DNA of 64,000 nt from Setoptus koraiensis (GCA_048013815.1 CM106585.1:21204001-21268000), one strand, 5' to 3'; numbered from the stretch's first letter, positions 33,587 to 48,600 are shown. Numbers and translations are program-made. Notes: a model not told the origin generated them from the sequence alone.

Positions 33587-36500
33587 TGCAGTTTATTTAA
33601 AGCCTCTGGCAAATTAATTATTCAACTACAGCCAGCGAGCGACCGATCAAATCTGCTCTGATCCGATCCGATCCCATCTGATCTCATCTAATCTTTTATC
33701 ATTTACTCGACTACTATTGATGGCATTGCCGCTTGGTTGGCCAGTCAACCATTGATTGGTCCTTGGTATTAGGTAACACAACTTACTCGCTAATAGATAG
33801 TCTAAATGTGTCTGACTGTGTGACTAGACAAAACAAGTGTCACAATGATTTATAATCCATGCAGTCACATGTATGAGACTCAACTAATCAATAAATTGGA
33901 TAGGATTGAGATCACTATGGATAGACAGGTGTGTCAAAATTTAACTTTGATAATAATAATAATAATAAAGTTGCTCAGTGAGTGGACTGGCACCAATTAA
34001 CTGTTCAATTGTATCAGGTTGGTATCGGAGGCTAACTAGTTGGCAATGAGCGCTGTACACAATATCATATTAGTAATATCCGCAAGTCGCTAAAAAGTAT
34101 CCATCTGAGCATATAATTATGAGAGCGAGTATCGCAATGAAAATATGAGGAATATTTATCTACTCATTATAGTGTAGATCAAAAAGCAAGACTAGCAAAC
34201 TCATTTGACATTTGTGTGTGTGTGTGTGTCTAACTTTTGTTGTTGTCTAGAGAATTTCGAATCAACTAACAAGGAGATTTATCACTTTGGACATCATTTG
34301 TTGACGCTGTTTGTGAGAATTGACAAAATGAAAAAAGAAGCGGCTTCGTTTCTGGCTGGCTGGCTGGCTGACTGACTGTCTTGTTGTGTCGCTGTCTAGA
34401 TGGCTGGCATCAGTCAGATATACGCTGTCACATATGAAATGGTAGTAGCAAGTTAGCTTTGGTAAATGATGACCGCTGACTGGCTGAGACGGTGTGTTTA
34501 TAAATCATTCACCGCTAATGGAAATAACAGAAGCCGATTAGTAGATGAGCTTGTGCGATTATTGGCAGCAAAAATATTTAATAAAACATGGTGTGGTCTT
34601 TGGTTGTTGTTACGTCAACCGATAGGGGCGAGCAACTTTGCAGGCCACTTCGTCAATTAATCAACGTTGGCGTTGCCTTGAGTGAGAGCTGTATCAGCTC
34701 GCAAAAAGATAAGAGGAGAGCTTCTACTTTGTGTCACAGTCTGACGCGTCGTTCTTCATTCCAATTGAAACAGTAGCAGCGGCGACATATTGCGATGGGC
34801 CGACGGATCAATTTCATATCTCTCTCTCTCTCTCTTGCCTGCCATACCACCAGCGTTCTTGAGAAGCGCTCTCGAATGCAATGCATGAGAAGATCATCAA
34901 TATTTAACAGTGCAACAAGAAGAAGCAAACGTAAGATAATTTCGCGCCGAATCGTATGTGTGCAACTGCGAGCAGATGATTGATTTTTACAGGTAGCAGC
35001 TATCAACTAATTAACAGGTTACCATACACACTGATCATCGTGTGAGTTTTCGTAAGTGACTAAACAAAATTGACTGTCAAATTTTGGTTGGCTGCAAGTA
35101 AATCGAAGCAGTCAAGTTGTTGGCATTCACTCATCTAGTCAATCAATCTTTGTGATGGATAGTGCGAGATTGCCAGCGAGTTGCCAGTGTGTCAGACTCT
35201 GACAGTCAGAGGCGAGCGGCCGGCCGGCCGGCTCGCATTCACCTGTCGTCGGCGGTGCAAACTGTCTCTTGCGAGCCCGTTCTAGTCGACTAGTTTGCTG
35301 CTCTTTTGCTTTTTTTGTATATTTATATATACACACACAATTTGTGTATATATAAATATCTCTGCGAGCGCACTTGTGAGTCTCCGCTTCTCGCTGGCCT
35401 GTTGTGTCCAATTGTGGCTCGCCTGACTAGCGACACTTAATTACACTCCGTCCGACATGGATCGTGGTTCTTTGGTTTTCCTGTGAATGGTGCGTGTTGC
35501 GAATTGCCCCGAGATGGCGCCCCGATTGCGTGCGGCCCAGACGCCACACCGGCCCACTATCATGCTGATTGGATTCTAAAATTGTGTCATTACGTCACTA
35601 TAAGTGGCAGTAGTAGCAAAAAAGTGCTGAATAGGTTCAATTAGATGGTTATAGTTGGAAGTTGCACACAACGTGCAACACAGAGAGAAGAACTAATTTA
35701 AATTCTCTGCTAGATCATCTAGTTGTAGGGCCATTAAAAAGTTTAATATTCATTTATCTCTTTGAATTACCACATTAGTTGTATACTAGTTGTCGTTGCT
35801 TTGGTTGCCGCTCTGGCCGTTGTTGGCCCGGTTGTTGGTGGCGTCGTCATTTGTATATTTATGCCAGCTATAATTTATAATTTGCAGCATTATCGCCGCA
35901 GCACCGAGTGAGAGAGAGAGAGAGAGGCTTGATCACGTGCAATCACGTGCACCGACTCACCGCTGTGGAGCGGTGAGTCAGCCAGCTTTGGCTGTTAGAT
36001 GTCGCTCGCCAGTCATTCACAAAAGTCATTGATCTGTCTATTTTAAGCGTGCCCACTGCCGTTGATCCGCTCGCGGGCCGATTATTTCTGGCAAAGGCTG
36101 ACAAGGCAAAGCGTTTCGCGACGCGCAACCAGCCCGGCTCAGCCAAAAATGGGCCCAAGCCGGCGCAAATTGTCATCGGCGGCGCTGGGGCCCCGTCAGC
36201 GCGTTTCAAGCGGCGAGCCGGCGTCTGATCGCAACCCGGTGATAATCTCATCAGCGAGCGCGGCATGTTAAACTTTGACAAACTAAAACAGTTATTAGAG
36301 TTAGAGAGGGCCACTGGTATTTATGTGTGAATACTGTTTATGTGCTGGCGTTGCAGACTCGAAAGCGCCAGTCAAAATTGAGCGGCTCGGTTGCCGGGCC
36401 GGGCCGGGCCGGGCCGGCTCGGCCAAGCAAACAACATGACATTAATGACAATTGTCAACTTGCGCTGACGTTAGGTCGTCGACGTCGACGTCGACGACAA

Positions 36501-39500
36501 TGCATACAGCTGATTACGATTATTTTGCCTACTTGCCTAATGTCGTCGCATGGCCGTCACTGCTAACGGGGCACTAACTCGGTGTTGGCGCAACCCAATT
36601 AGTTTGTTAGATCATAAATTATCAGGCCCCAACTCGGTGCGTCTGTCACTGCTTTGTCTATAACTGGCGGGTCTAAATATTTTGCATGCGGCACGACGAT
36701 GCATGCAAAATATTTAGCATGGCTCGTCATTTGCAGCCCATGCAGTCGGTGGGCCGCAACGCCAAAAGTCCCGCCGGCCGACCGAGCCAGCCGAGCGCCA
36801 TCGACAAGCGGGCCGGCTTGTTGCGTGCCCCATCACAATTTGTTACAATGTCCGTCCGTGTTATTTCACTGTGTGTGTTTGTGTGTTTGCGTGGGCGGTC
36901 GGGCGCATTTGTCCGCGTTAGTCCGCGTTTATCCGTGTTAGTCCGCGTTTGTCCGCGTTAGTCCGCGTTTGTGCTTGCTGTCGAGCGGGGCACCGCTCGA
37001 CGCAAACAACCGCGGCCCGCCGGCGACCGGCCGAGGCACCGCAAACAAATTGCGATCGGGTTTGTTTAAAATACAAGTCGGCTTTGAGTTTGCGCACTCC
37101 ATCAGCGATAAGATCGGCCCTGACATGGGAACTATGTGTTTTCGCGACCAGTTAGCTGCCACAGAGGCCACAGAGGCCATAGAGGCCGCCATAACTGGAA
37201 TTTATTTTTGCAAATTAACATCAGCACACACACACACACACACACATTAAAAACAATTACTATCATCGCCAGTGCCATTATCATCAATTTGGCCCCACAA
37301 TAATAATAATAATTCCCACAATAATTTCGCCCGACTGCCGACTGCAAACATCGCCTAACTGCCGAGCACAAGCTCATGAGCCCCAAATAGCTTGCGACCG
37401 TGAGCGCTTGTCGTCCCGTTGCCCGCCGTCGCCGTTCACTGACTTCCGTTTGCCTCTATCCCGTGTACACTGTGTGTACGGTACACATCGGGTGCCGGCC
37501 CGCTACCGGTATCGGGTAACATAGACAGAGTGGTATTTGGCTATATTTGGCCGCTATATTGGGCATGGCCGGCGCTGTTGAGCGGGCCGGCGCATTATTT
37601 GTGGCAAGTTGTCACAACTGGCTGGCATGACAACAAGCTCGCATTGGCAATTGAAATTGTTGCGACCCAAGACGCGCGCGCTACGTGACGCAATCGACTG
37701 ACGCAACCGCCCTACGGTGTGTGTCTGCGTATGTCAACGGGGGGATAATTAATTATCTGTGTGTGTGTGTGTGTGTGTGTTTGTTTGCAGTTGTGCAGTT
37801 TGCTGCGAGGGGCGCACACAATAAACAATACGATTAGAACAAGGTGCACCAGTGAATATTAATGAACTTTTTCCAATCAAATCGTCCGCGCCGCCGCCCG
37901 TCATCTTGGCGGGGCCGCGCGCTGGCGCGGGCCCGTCATTGTTGCGTCATATCACCCAAAGTGACTCTTGTATCCACTACTTGTCAGCGCTGTCGCTGCC
38001 ACCAGGGGCACCGCTGGCCCCGCCGGCCCCACTGGCTCCCGCGGTTCGCGCGGCTCGCGTGGCTCGCGTGGCGCAAGTGCGCCTGTCGAGCCAACGATGA
38101 CGACATGATTAAAAAAGTGACGCTTGATCTAGATTGATGGGCGACTTGTGCACCTTGGCCACTGGCGCCCCATAATTGCCTGCACCTCGCGCTGCCGGCC
38201 GCTGTCAATGGCCAGCAGCAGAGCTGTGGCCGGCAGCAAGACCATTGTTGTTATTGGCCTACGTGATTTGTATCTCATCGCGGCCGTCGCTGGCCTCTTG
38301 TGGGGCCCGCGATGTAGGCCACAAGCGTCGGCCGGCAAACAAATGGACGAAGCGTCGGATAAAGTGTCTCAAATGGCCTCTGTGTCCGAGTCGCTGCAAC
38401 TGTCGCTGTCCGAGTCGCCGCAACTGTCGCTGTTTGAGTTGCTGCAACTGTCGCTGGCTGGCTGGCTCGGTGTGCCGTTGGGCCGCGCGACCGGGACTGG
38501 CCCGCTCGCCGACAGGGGCACGGCGATCGAGGGCGCAACAAAAGTTGAACGAAAAATCAATGTTTGTCCCGCGCATCAAATTAATACGTGGCACTCGCAC
38601 TTGACAAGACCAGATCATGACGAGAACGATGCGCTCGAATGGCAGTCGGCGGGTATCGGCCAACGAGCTCGTAACTATTGCCTGTCAAAAGTCGTTATGT
38701 CATATGGTTATTTCACAGATCGGATCGGATCAGTTCAGTTGGGATCGGACAGAATCGGATCGGCGGCCAGCGACAACAAAAAATAAACATACCAACAGTT
38801 TAGTTGTATTATCATTGTAGATGACGCTACAGTGCCCATTATGTCAAGCAGGCCTGACAATATTATCGCCATCAGCGGGCACCGGCCAACAACAACAAAC
38901 GACCGGCACAAATTATATGTATGCGGCGCATTGCGTGACGCGTGCAAACTGAAACGGAACAACAACAACAACGACAGCAGCAACAACTCGAAACTACATT
39001 TTGTCTTTGCTGGCTGGCACGCCATCAAGTGCGTTCAGTTGATTCAAGTGCGCCGCCAATCACAGCCACCAGTTCAGATTTCTGGCAACTGGCGCCTCTG
39101 TCGGACGGGGCGCAATTTATGACGGCGCCCACAGCGCCGTCTCTGTGGCCATAACATTTGCGGGCCCCAGCCGAGACGCTGGCCGCCGAGAAGCTGGCCG
39201 CCGAGAAGCTGGCTGCCAAGAAGCTGGCAAGCCGCCGATAACGGGCCGGGCATAAAACGGGCAAATGTATGCACAATTTGATATTCACGTTCGCTGACCA
39301 CTCTCCGCCGAGCGCTGCCGAAATGGCCCGGGTGTTGCTGGCGACGAGCAGTTGCGGCTGTGTGACCGGGCCCCGCCAATCAATCAATCAATGCGTCGAT
39401 TGAAATTTGAACTTGGCGCCGGCTCGTCGCCCCTTTTTTGTCGTCACGGTTATTATTATTATTATTGTTCTCGCGGGCCGCCTCGGGCCGCCTTGGGCCG

Positions 39501-39622
39501 CTGCTCGGGCCGGTCTTGGGCCGGTCTTGAGGCGTCCGGAGTGACTCATGACCATTATAAAGTGGCGCATTGATGTGTGTCATTATGTACGTAACGTTAC
39601 GTAACATTACACAGTTGGCACA

Positions 39623-39653
<31 letters not shown>

Positions 39654-42265
39654 GTCTACATGTTACACAAGACTGGCCGCGCCATGTGATGCGATCCAGC
39701 AAACCGGCGATCCAGCGGGGGCCCCATTCCCGGCGTGTGCGATCCGGCGGGCCCCACTCTCGGTGCGCGGCGCGATCTAGTGGGGCCCCATTCTGCAAGC
39801 GCGCGATCCAGTGGGCGCCACAGTGTCAGTGTGAGCGCACCAATAATAATGTTTTATTTGGCGTATGACGTCGCCGCTGCCAATGTGGTGCGTCTGTCCT
39901 CACTGGCGCTGGCGCTGTTGCGATACAGCGACTTGCAACGATGATAACGTTAATGGACAGTGATTTGTAAAAAAGTCGAGCTATATCTGCTGACGCTGGC
40001 ATTGCCGCCATTTGCGGCACACACTGATACCCGAGAGCGCACTGACGCGCCATTTGCAACGGGCCCCAATGCGTTATATCCGCGCCGATTTGTGTGTGCG
40101 TGTCTCATTGTGTCCGACGAGCGCGTGCTGGCTCGGACTTGGTATTCCGACGGTATTGTGCTGGCCGACAGTGAAGGCAACTTGGACAGTGTGCGGGCGA
40201 CGCCAAAAAGAGGCTGCCACCGGGCCATTTGTCAGTGGTGTCAGTAGTGTCAGTGGTGTCAGTAGTGTCAGTGGTGTGTCAGTGGACAGCGGATAGCGGA
40301 GACTAAAAGAAACATTAAATTAATGATTTTATTTACTTGATTAGATTCAAATCAATTCGAACATCAATCAAGTATGAGCGCTCGCTTAATGATTGACATG
40401 TCCGACGCCTACGACCGCTCGGCCCGCTGTCTTATCTGTCTTATCCGCCGGCCGAGTGACTGACTGACTGACAGACTGTTACACCGTTACTGGCCCACTG
40501 ACGGGCCCGCCGACCGGCCCAGCGACCGGCCCAGCGACCGACAGCGAATGACCCAACAACTGACCGTGTAACTGTCTCACTGGCCGCTATTAGGCTCCAC
40601 TGACTTCAACTCGATGCTTGCGAACGCACCAAACAACAGTAATGATAGAAAGAGTAAAATGAGGCCCCATTCACGGCTCAATAAGTCACACACACACACA
40701 CACGCACATAGTGGCACGTACACAAGTTGCAATCATCGTGGCAGCAGATATCATCTGTATCTGGCTGTGACTGTGACTTTGACTTTGAATCGCTATCTGC
40801 CACTCGATGCGCGTTCAATGGCCATTCCTGTGGCACTCGCACTGGGCCATTCGCCAGCACTTTTGCGCCCCAATTCGCCACTGAACTCAGTGACTTTGCT
40901 CGTCAACTCACTCACTTTACTGCCCACTACAACCGGCAACAACCGGCAACAACCGGCAACAACCGGCAACAACCGGCAACAACCGGCAACAAAGATTACG
41001 CAACAACACTCTCTGACTGACATTAAACGGCTGCAAACAATTTGCCATCGGTCGTTGTTTGCAGACGCGCACCAATTCAACTAGCGGATAGATTGCATAA
41101 CAGCACACAACAGTTTTATTGTCATACTCTATATATCGTCGCACACTCTAGCGGGACATACATGTATTTATATCGGTCCGTCTCTGTTGCATTGAGAGTT
41201 ACATTGAGTTACATCGAGAGTTGCAGCGAGTTACATCGAGAGTTGCAGTGAGTTACTTCGAGAGTTGCATTGAGAGAGCCGCTTGGCCTCCAGTTACAGT
41301 TGTAGCCGGCTAGTGACAGTTACGCCCACCAGGAGCGCCCACCGTTCATTAAGTTTACGATGGTGCGCCATATGAGTTAGTTACGTAATATCTGCCGGCC
41401 CATCCGACAAACCGACTGACCGATGACTCAAGGCCGGCGCACCTGTTATTAGCCGTGGCCGTCGGACGTAGTGACGTAATCCGGTCACAACTGCAACTAG
41501 TGATGACTCTGATTTTCACTCTCACAGTGTGAGCGCCTCACTGTGCGGGCCTCTCACTGTGCGAGCCTCACTTTGCGAGCCTCACATGATGTGACTCACG
41601 TCACATTGGACAGTAGAGAATGTGTGTGACGTAATCATGTGACAGCCACTAAAGAGCGGCCCATTGTTGAGATTGTTGCGAGCTCTGGCGGGCCCACGCC
41701 AACACTAAGCCAGCGCCACGAGATACCAACAACAGCAGTATATTGTATTGTACATTGTGTAACACTGTTTGTGATACTGGCGCGCCAGAGAGCCCCCTGG
41801 CGAGTGACTCCACTGACGGTGCCCTGTCATGCTTAACCTGTCATTAGCGTCATCGATGATGAATTGATTTCGCCGTGCTCCTTTTTGCAACTTTTTTGCC
41901 AATGACAGCACACACTGTTCACTGCGCTGTGATTCTGGCTATTGCATCATTGCATCATTGCACCATTGCGCAATCCCGGCCCACCACTCAACTCACCTGA
42001 CGGCTGACCAACACTGACACTGTTACGCAAGACAACAACTTGCATGCGGTGAGGCCAGCGGCTCACACACACACACAATTAAACCCGAACACAACAATGT
42101 TTACAGGTAACGCCTACGACACGCGCTTGGGGCCCACTTCCGGGTTGCAGTTATAATCTGTGCCGCCTGTGTGGGCTCCTCTTTTATGATTGAGCGTCGC
42201 GACGGGCCATTGTGTCGCTGCTAATGATGCTGCAACGTGACATTTTTTCGCTCGCTCCGGCTCGC

Positions 42266-42412
42266 CAATATATGCCGGGTATATGGGCAATATATGCCGG
42301 GTATATGGGCAATATATGCCGGGTATATGGGCAATATACGGCGGGTATATTGGCAATATACGGCGGGTATGACGGCAATGAATGCTGGGTATATTGGCGA
42401 TACATTGCCGGG
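42266..42412. repeat. 22-bp minisatellite (CAATATATGCCGGGTATATGGG), ~6.7 progressively diverging copies
   Basis: Units start at 42266, 42288, 42310, 42332, 42354, 42376 and 42398. Confidence 0.93.
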
Positions 42413-42518
42413 CACTCGTCGTTCGTCGTCTTCGGACATGGCGCCGGCCCGCTAAGCGCACATGCCGCAACGTAGCCAAGCGGGACCAATTGTGTTTCTT
42501 CGTTGGCTCATCGCTGGC

Positions 42519-42622
42519 GAGCCCTTTTCGATATTCTTTGCTGGAGCCCTTTTCGGGGATCTTTGCTGGAGCCCATTTTCGATATTATTTGCTGGAGCCG
42601 TTTGCGGGATCTTTGCTGGAGC
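42519..42622. repeat. ~25-bp minisatellite, 4 copies in A-B-A-B arrangement
   Basis: GAGCCCTTTTCGATATTCTTTGCTG alternates with GAGCCCTTTTCGGGGATCTTTGCTG variants. Confidence 0.85.
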
Positions 42623-45600
42623 GCGGGCAGTGCGCATGGCCGAACAACGGCATACCGGCGTATATTGTTTTTGGCGGTCGTTGTATCGCGGGTTCGTTTG
42701 CGGGAGGGGCGCATATTTATGCTGCGCCCCCTCGCTCTGCCCGGGATCCCGCTCGGTGGCGAGCGATGGCCGAGCGTCGGCACTCGGGGCCCGCGAAATG
42801 CCCACACGATCGCTCGCGGGGGCAGACATGTCAGCAGTGGGCGCCGGGCGGATATAAGGCGGCATAAGACGATGTTGCCAATATAGAGGATCCTGTCCGT
42901 TCTCTCTCTCTCTCTCGCTGCATTTTATCAGCGACCAAGACAATGATTTACATTTGCTCCGGCAGAGGCACTGCGTTCGATGGCACGTCGCGCCTAATCC
43001 CATCGTTACAAATCTTGGAAATGGCAAGACGATGGGCCAAAAGCGATGGACGCGCGGCGCCTAATCGATGCGATTAAAGCAGCGGCGGCGGCGGCGGCAG
43101 CAACGATTCTCTGGCTATTGCCGCCGTTAATCCCGAATCATTCAAGATTAGCCGAGAGTTGCCTTCTCGGCTGGTGATAACGGGCGCCCTCGCCAAGGGC
43201 CCGCCATGCATATCCGCCGCTTGATAGGCCCGACAGGCTCGGTAAGCCGGCGTAAAGGTAGGCGGCAGGTATTATTGCGCGTGATACTTGGCTTGTGGTT
43301 TACCTGTGCGTGGGTGCCGGTCTGGCGAGTGCCGATGATACAATTGCGCGCGCGTTTATATCGGATATATCGCTCGATATCGACGTTTATATCGGGCGAT
43401 ATATCCGATCCGGCGAAATAACCGTATCCAAGTCGTTACACGTGTTTAATATCTTTTTGTTGTTGTTGTTGTTGTTGCTGTGAGCGAGACAACGACGGGC
43501 CGCATATAAGCGGCTTACTCGCAGTCGCTTGTACGGATATTTATATACGTATAGCCGCTCTAGTTGATATATATACATATAAATTTATCGCCCGAACAAA
43601 TATATTGATCCAAGCCAGCGAGAACGTCATGATCGACGTTAAATTGAATGAATGACTCAAACTGGCACTCAAACTGGGGCCCGGCCGCTCGCTAGATGAC
43701 GCTACATGACGCAACATGACGATGACCAGCGCCGCTGCTGTTGCGGCAACGCGGCTGATGACCGCGCCGCGCCACGGCTATCACGGGTAACGAGTTGCGT
43801 AATAATCGTAACTCACTTTTAATGGAGCTATATACTCTTTTTGCCACTGTATATATAATACATTTGCGCTCTGGCGTCGTCTTATTTTTATTTTTATTCT
43901 GTCCTGTGCGCGCTGTCGATCTCACCAACCGGCCAACTTGACCACTGTCGCTGTTGTCGCTGTTGTTGTCGTTGTTGTTGTTGTTGTTGTCGTTGTTGTT
44001 GTTGCTGTTGTTGTTGTTGTTGCTGTTGTTGTTGTTGTTGCGCGGACAAGAGCGGCGGTCAGCTGGAAAGAGGCGCACAAGCGGGCGCTGTGAGCACATA
44101 AATATCTGCCTACGGTGATGTTTCTCGTGTGTCCGTGGCCGGTCACTCGCTCGCTTGTTTATTTGGCCGCTGTCCTGTTAGCCTCAATGGAGCGCCGCTG
44201 TCAGACACTCAAGTATTATTGCATAACGTCGAACATAAATCATGTTGACGATGACCAATGGTCATCATCATTATAACACACATCACAGAGTCAGTTTCAA
44301 ATTGGACAACAACAATAACAACTGTCTATCCATGCCAAACTGTGCCCATGTTCGTGTCAGTGCCAGTGCCAGTGCCAGTGTGTGTGTGTGTGCAAAAGTT
44401 AATGAGCAAAAATATTGATGACAATCATTACTTTTGCCGTGTAACGCGCTGCGTAGCGCCCGACCGGCCGGCCGCCGGACGACCGGCCCACATATTGAAA
44501 CTAACACAAATTATGGTTTGCTCGTTTGTGTTGTTTTTTCTTTTTAAATGAATCTCACGTCCCTCTGTCTGCGTGTGCGTCCCCACTAGGGGCTCTCCGG
44601 CCGTGGCACTGTGGCCGGCAATTGTATAAATGTGGATATATCTATGTATGCCGTCACGCGGTGGCCCGGCCGCCTGCCCAAACTCATTCTTCATAGGCAG
44701 CCTTCATAGGCGGGCGGCCCGAGCGGCTCGGGCCGCTGCCACAAAGTGATAGTTGCAGCCAACAGATCGGGCCTCTATCCCATTGCGTAACTCGTTGCGT
44801 AACTCGTTGCGTAGCTCGTTGCGTAACTCGTTGCGTAGCTCGTTGCGTAACTCAGGTGACTCACAGCAACAAACTGCCCACTTGGCCGGTCCTGTCGTCC
44901 GGTGATGGCTGAAAAATGGGCCAAACTGCACGCTCTGCGCCTCGCGAGCCCGGCCCGACGAGCCCGAGTCCGAGGCAAGGTAACAATTATGTCGACGAGC
45001 GGCTTCGATTGCGCCAGCGGCACGAGCCATCGGGCGCCCGTTTGTTGGCGCGTCCAACAGGCAACAAGGTTACATGCTGTCGTTGTTGTTGCTGTCGTTG
45101 TCGTTGTCGCTGCTGTTGCGTAATTATAGTTGTTGTGTTTGATTTGTGTGTGTTAACGTTTAATACAGTAATTAATGGCCTCTGTGTTGCCGTCAAACAA
45201 GAGCGAAATCCGGCAACAACAAAATCAGCGCAACCGCTGGTCAGCACGACGCTGACCAGTGCCCACTGTGTGAGATATGGCTCGAATTAATTCATGATTG
45301 GCCCGCCGTTGGGGCCCACAAGCAGCGCCTTGTCAATATATATCACGAGTCACATTTATATATAAATATCAGATATATAAACAGTGTACATGTGACTTGT
45401 GACTCACAACTTGTGAGTGCTGACGAGAAAATTGTGCCGATAATGCACAATTTGCACATGCCGGGCATCTGCTGTGCGTTATTTGTTGTCAGTGTTGTCA
45501 TGTGTTGTCGCTCACAAAACGTTGAGCCAGCCAAACACAACATCATATAGCACCGCTTGACCGGTTGATGGCACGCTTATTGTATGCAGCGGTAATGGTT

Positions 45601-48600
45601 GCGCAACAAATCAAACTGGTCACTGGCCCGCTCGTGCCACTCACTTGTATCCACATGTCGGCCGCCTATCCATATGCCGCGCGTGTCCACACATAAATCC
45701 ACATCAACGTTATCGTAAATATCTGCTATTCACACACAAATACGTCGACGTTGTCACAAATATCTACTGTCCGCATACAATGACGCCATCATTAATATCT
45801 GCTATCCACATGTAAATACATCGACGTTGTCATAAATATCAACGAATTATATTTACACATAAATATAATTCGACAGCGATATAACAATGCATTGTCATAG
45901 ACATTATAGAGCGGAGCGATTTTTAATTAACTCGCAATTGTTTCGCCACTATTGCGGCATCGGTCAGTTGGCGGCCGCGACGCTTCACATTATATGACGC
46001 AACTTATTATTGGCTGGCTTGTTATTGACAAATTTGACAACTAGTGCCAAGTGCAAACAGCAGTGACAGCGGCAACAGTGACAGCGGCGGCGCCAGTTTG
46101 TGCCAGCTCATCACAACTGGCTAGATTGTCTCGCTGGTTGTGTGATAATAACTAGTCAGCTGATTGATCATCAGCCATGTCATCATTATGACTGGCGCTG
46201 TCTGTCTGTCGGACATTGGCTCCGATCAGCTGTTTGTGCGGGATATATGGCAGCCAGTGGGGCCAGCGCACGCACAGTTGTGCCACGAAATGGGGCCCCG
46301 GATCGAGATTATCTGGGCGTCTCATCTCGCACTGGAGCTGCTCACTTGCAGTAGTCGGCACGAGTTGTCATGATGGCGAACCAAACAAATCGATGGCGCG
46401 ACAGGGTATGCGCCAATTGACAGATTGCAGACAGAATCGCATCTGCGCACGTTGATTGCGATGAAACGAAATGAGCCAACGCGACACATATCTCACAACA
46501 ACCATTCTCATCGGGGCCCCAGTCTGTCCGTCTGTCTGTCCGTCTGTCTGTCCGTCTGTCTGTCCGTCTGTGTGTGTGTGTGTGTGTGCAGCACAGGCCG
46601 CTGTCAGTGGCTGTCGCCGGCGTTCCCTCGGAGCGTCTCGCTGGCTGTCGACTGGCGGTTTGTCTCGTTTGTGGGCGCTTTTGGGGCCCCCACACACAAG
46701 CGCCACGAGCAACATGACGGCCGACATAGCGGGCGACATAACGGGCAACATGGCGGCACAGCGGGCACGCTGACAAGTGGCAGTCGGCGGAGCTGGCGCT
46801 CGTCAACGTCGCCAGCGCCGCCACTAAGCGGCGACCAGCTACGTGATTTGTTCTGACAGTTCGGGGGCCCGTCGCCACGCGCCCCACAAAGATGATGCGG
46901 CCGGGTGCGGGCAACGGGCAACAAGCCAAAGGCTTGCCTGTGCAGGCGCATGTTTATCGTGCCGCCAGCTTGATGTGCGAACCACAACTGACTGGTGATT
47001 GTCAAATGGCGGCCGGCCCAGCGAAATTGGCCCCATCTTTGTTGTTGCTGTTTGTGCGTCATTGTTGACCGCGCGCCATCGACCGAGGCGCGCACCACGA
47101 GCAATATGTGAGCACGAGCAAATTTACTCGGTTGGCGGCTGGTGACAAATTTGATATGACATGAACAAATCAAAAATCGGCGCCCACATATGTCAGTCAG
47201 GGGGCCCAGTGGGCATTGTTGGCCAGCGGTCTGGCTGTTCACGGTGGCTGTCAGCGCGACTGGCGGCCGTCTCAAGCAATATCGACATTAAGCAGTCGCG
47301 CCAGTGTGACCGCTCGCCGGACAGCCCATGACAGCGGATAGTTGCGTAATGTGTGTACATTGCGTCACACTGGCGACAGTGGCCGAAATGGGGGCCGCTG
47401 TCAGGGCGCCTAGCGATCGGTTTGCCAGGCAAAGTGTGTTTGAGTTGAAGAGTTAAAAGGTGCAGCGCACCAGAGAGACAGACAGACAGACAGACAGAGT
47501 AAACAAACTGCAGTTTGACGGTGTCAAATAATAAACTGGACGCACTCACTTAAACTGCCGGCTCCACGGATAAGTTTGGCCGGCGGATAATAACAGCGGC
47601 GGCGGCGGCAGCGGCACGCAGCGACAATGGGGCCCGATTTGAAAAATTTAATAATTTTTAGCCAGTGGCTATGCAATGTGGCGCCCATAAAAGCGCGATA
47701 TGTGTGCGTGGGGCACACAATTTATTGTCACGATCAAATGGCATATCGCACATCAATCTAGCCGCTCTAAATATATCAACTTGGCGCGCCAAACCAAACA
47801 TTTATGTTAGATATCGTACGATATTTGGGCCGCCGATTGGCCGGCCGGCCGATCGCGGCTCGGCTCGGCGATCGGCGGTTGTCACCACGACAAACACCGC
47901 ACTCGAGATATTCCGTTATGTAACTGACCGGCGCCACTTGCCCACGGCCCGCTGGTCGCTGTGTTCGCGGCGCGTAAGTGCCGCTAATAATGGCCGGGCT
48001 GGCCGCTTGTTGGGGGCCCGGGCGCCGTCCAACAGAGACGCGCGGACAGACGGACGGCGAGAGAGAGACAGAGATATCATTGGCCGGCCGCGCCGACATA
48101 AGGAAGCCATAAATTTTGTTTCATTTGCTAGGTGGCAAAATTTATGTCTCCTAGTGACGGGCGCCAGTCTTGAAATTGCCATAAAACACACGTCGATGTC
48201 GCCGACATCACTGTTGACGTCGGCTCCCGCGCCCGCTATTGCGTCGTTGCGGCCGTCGACGGGCCCGCGCGCGTATTCCGAGCCGCTGTCGGCTCGTGCC
48301 TAAATGGGACCCGCCGTCCCGCTGGTAGCCGGCTAACGGTGCCGCACGGTGCGACCGCAAACGTTAGTTAGCTGCGCCAATGCACAAATTTGCAGGTAAG
48401 AGCGGCGGCGGCCGCGGCGGACAGCCGGCGTCGGGCCGGACCGAGTGACAGACCGAGCGCCATTTAGGCCGTAATAAATTCCTGGCGCTGTTGTCATAAA
48501 GAATAAACAGGGGCCAAGATGAAGAATATAGCGTCGCCGCTAATCTCCGCCAGGGGCCTGCCACACGCGCACATTAATGGGGGCAGGGGGGCTAGATGGG

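Noticed and set aside
33821-33843. TGACTAGAC, a miR-279/286-like seed
   Set aside because: No complementary arm nearby to form a precursor hairpin.
42266-42622. CRISPR-like appearance of the tandem arrays
   Set aside because: The units are head-to-tail with no unique spacers, there are no cas genes, and the context is eukaryotic.
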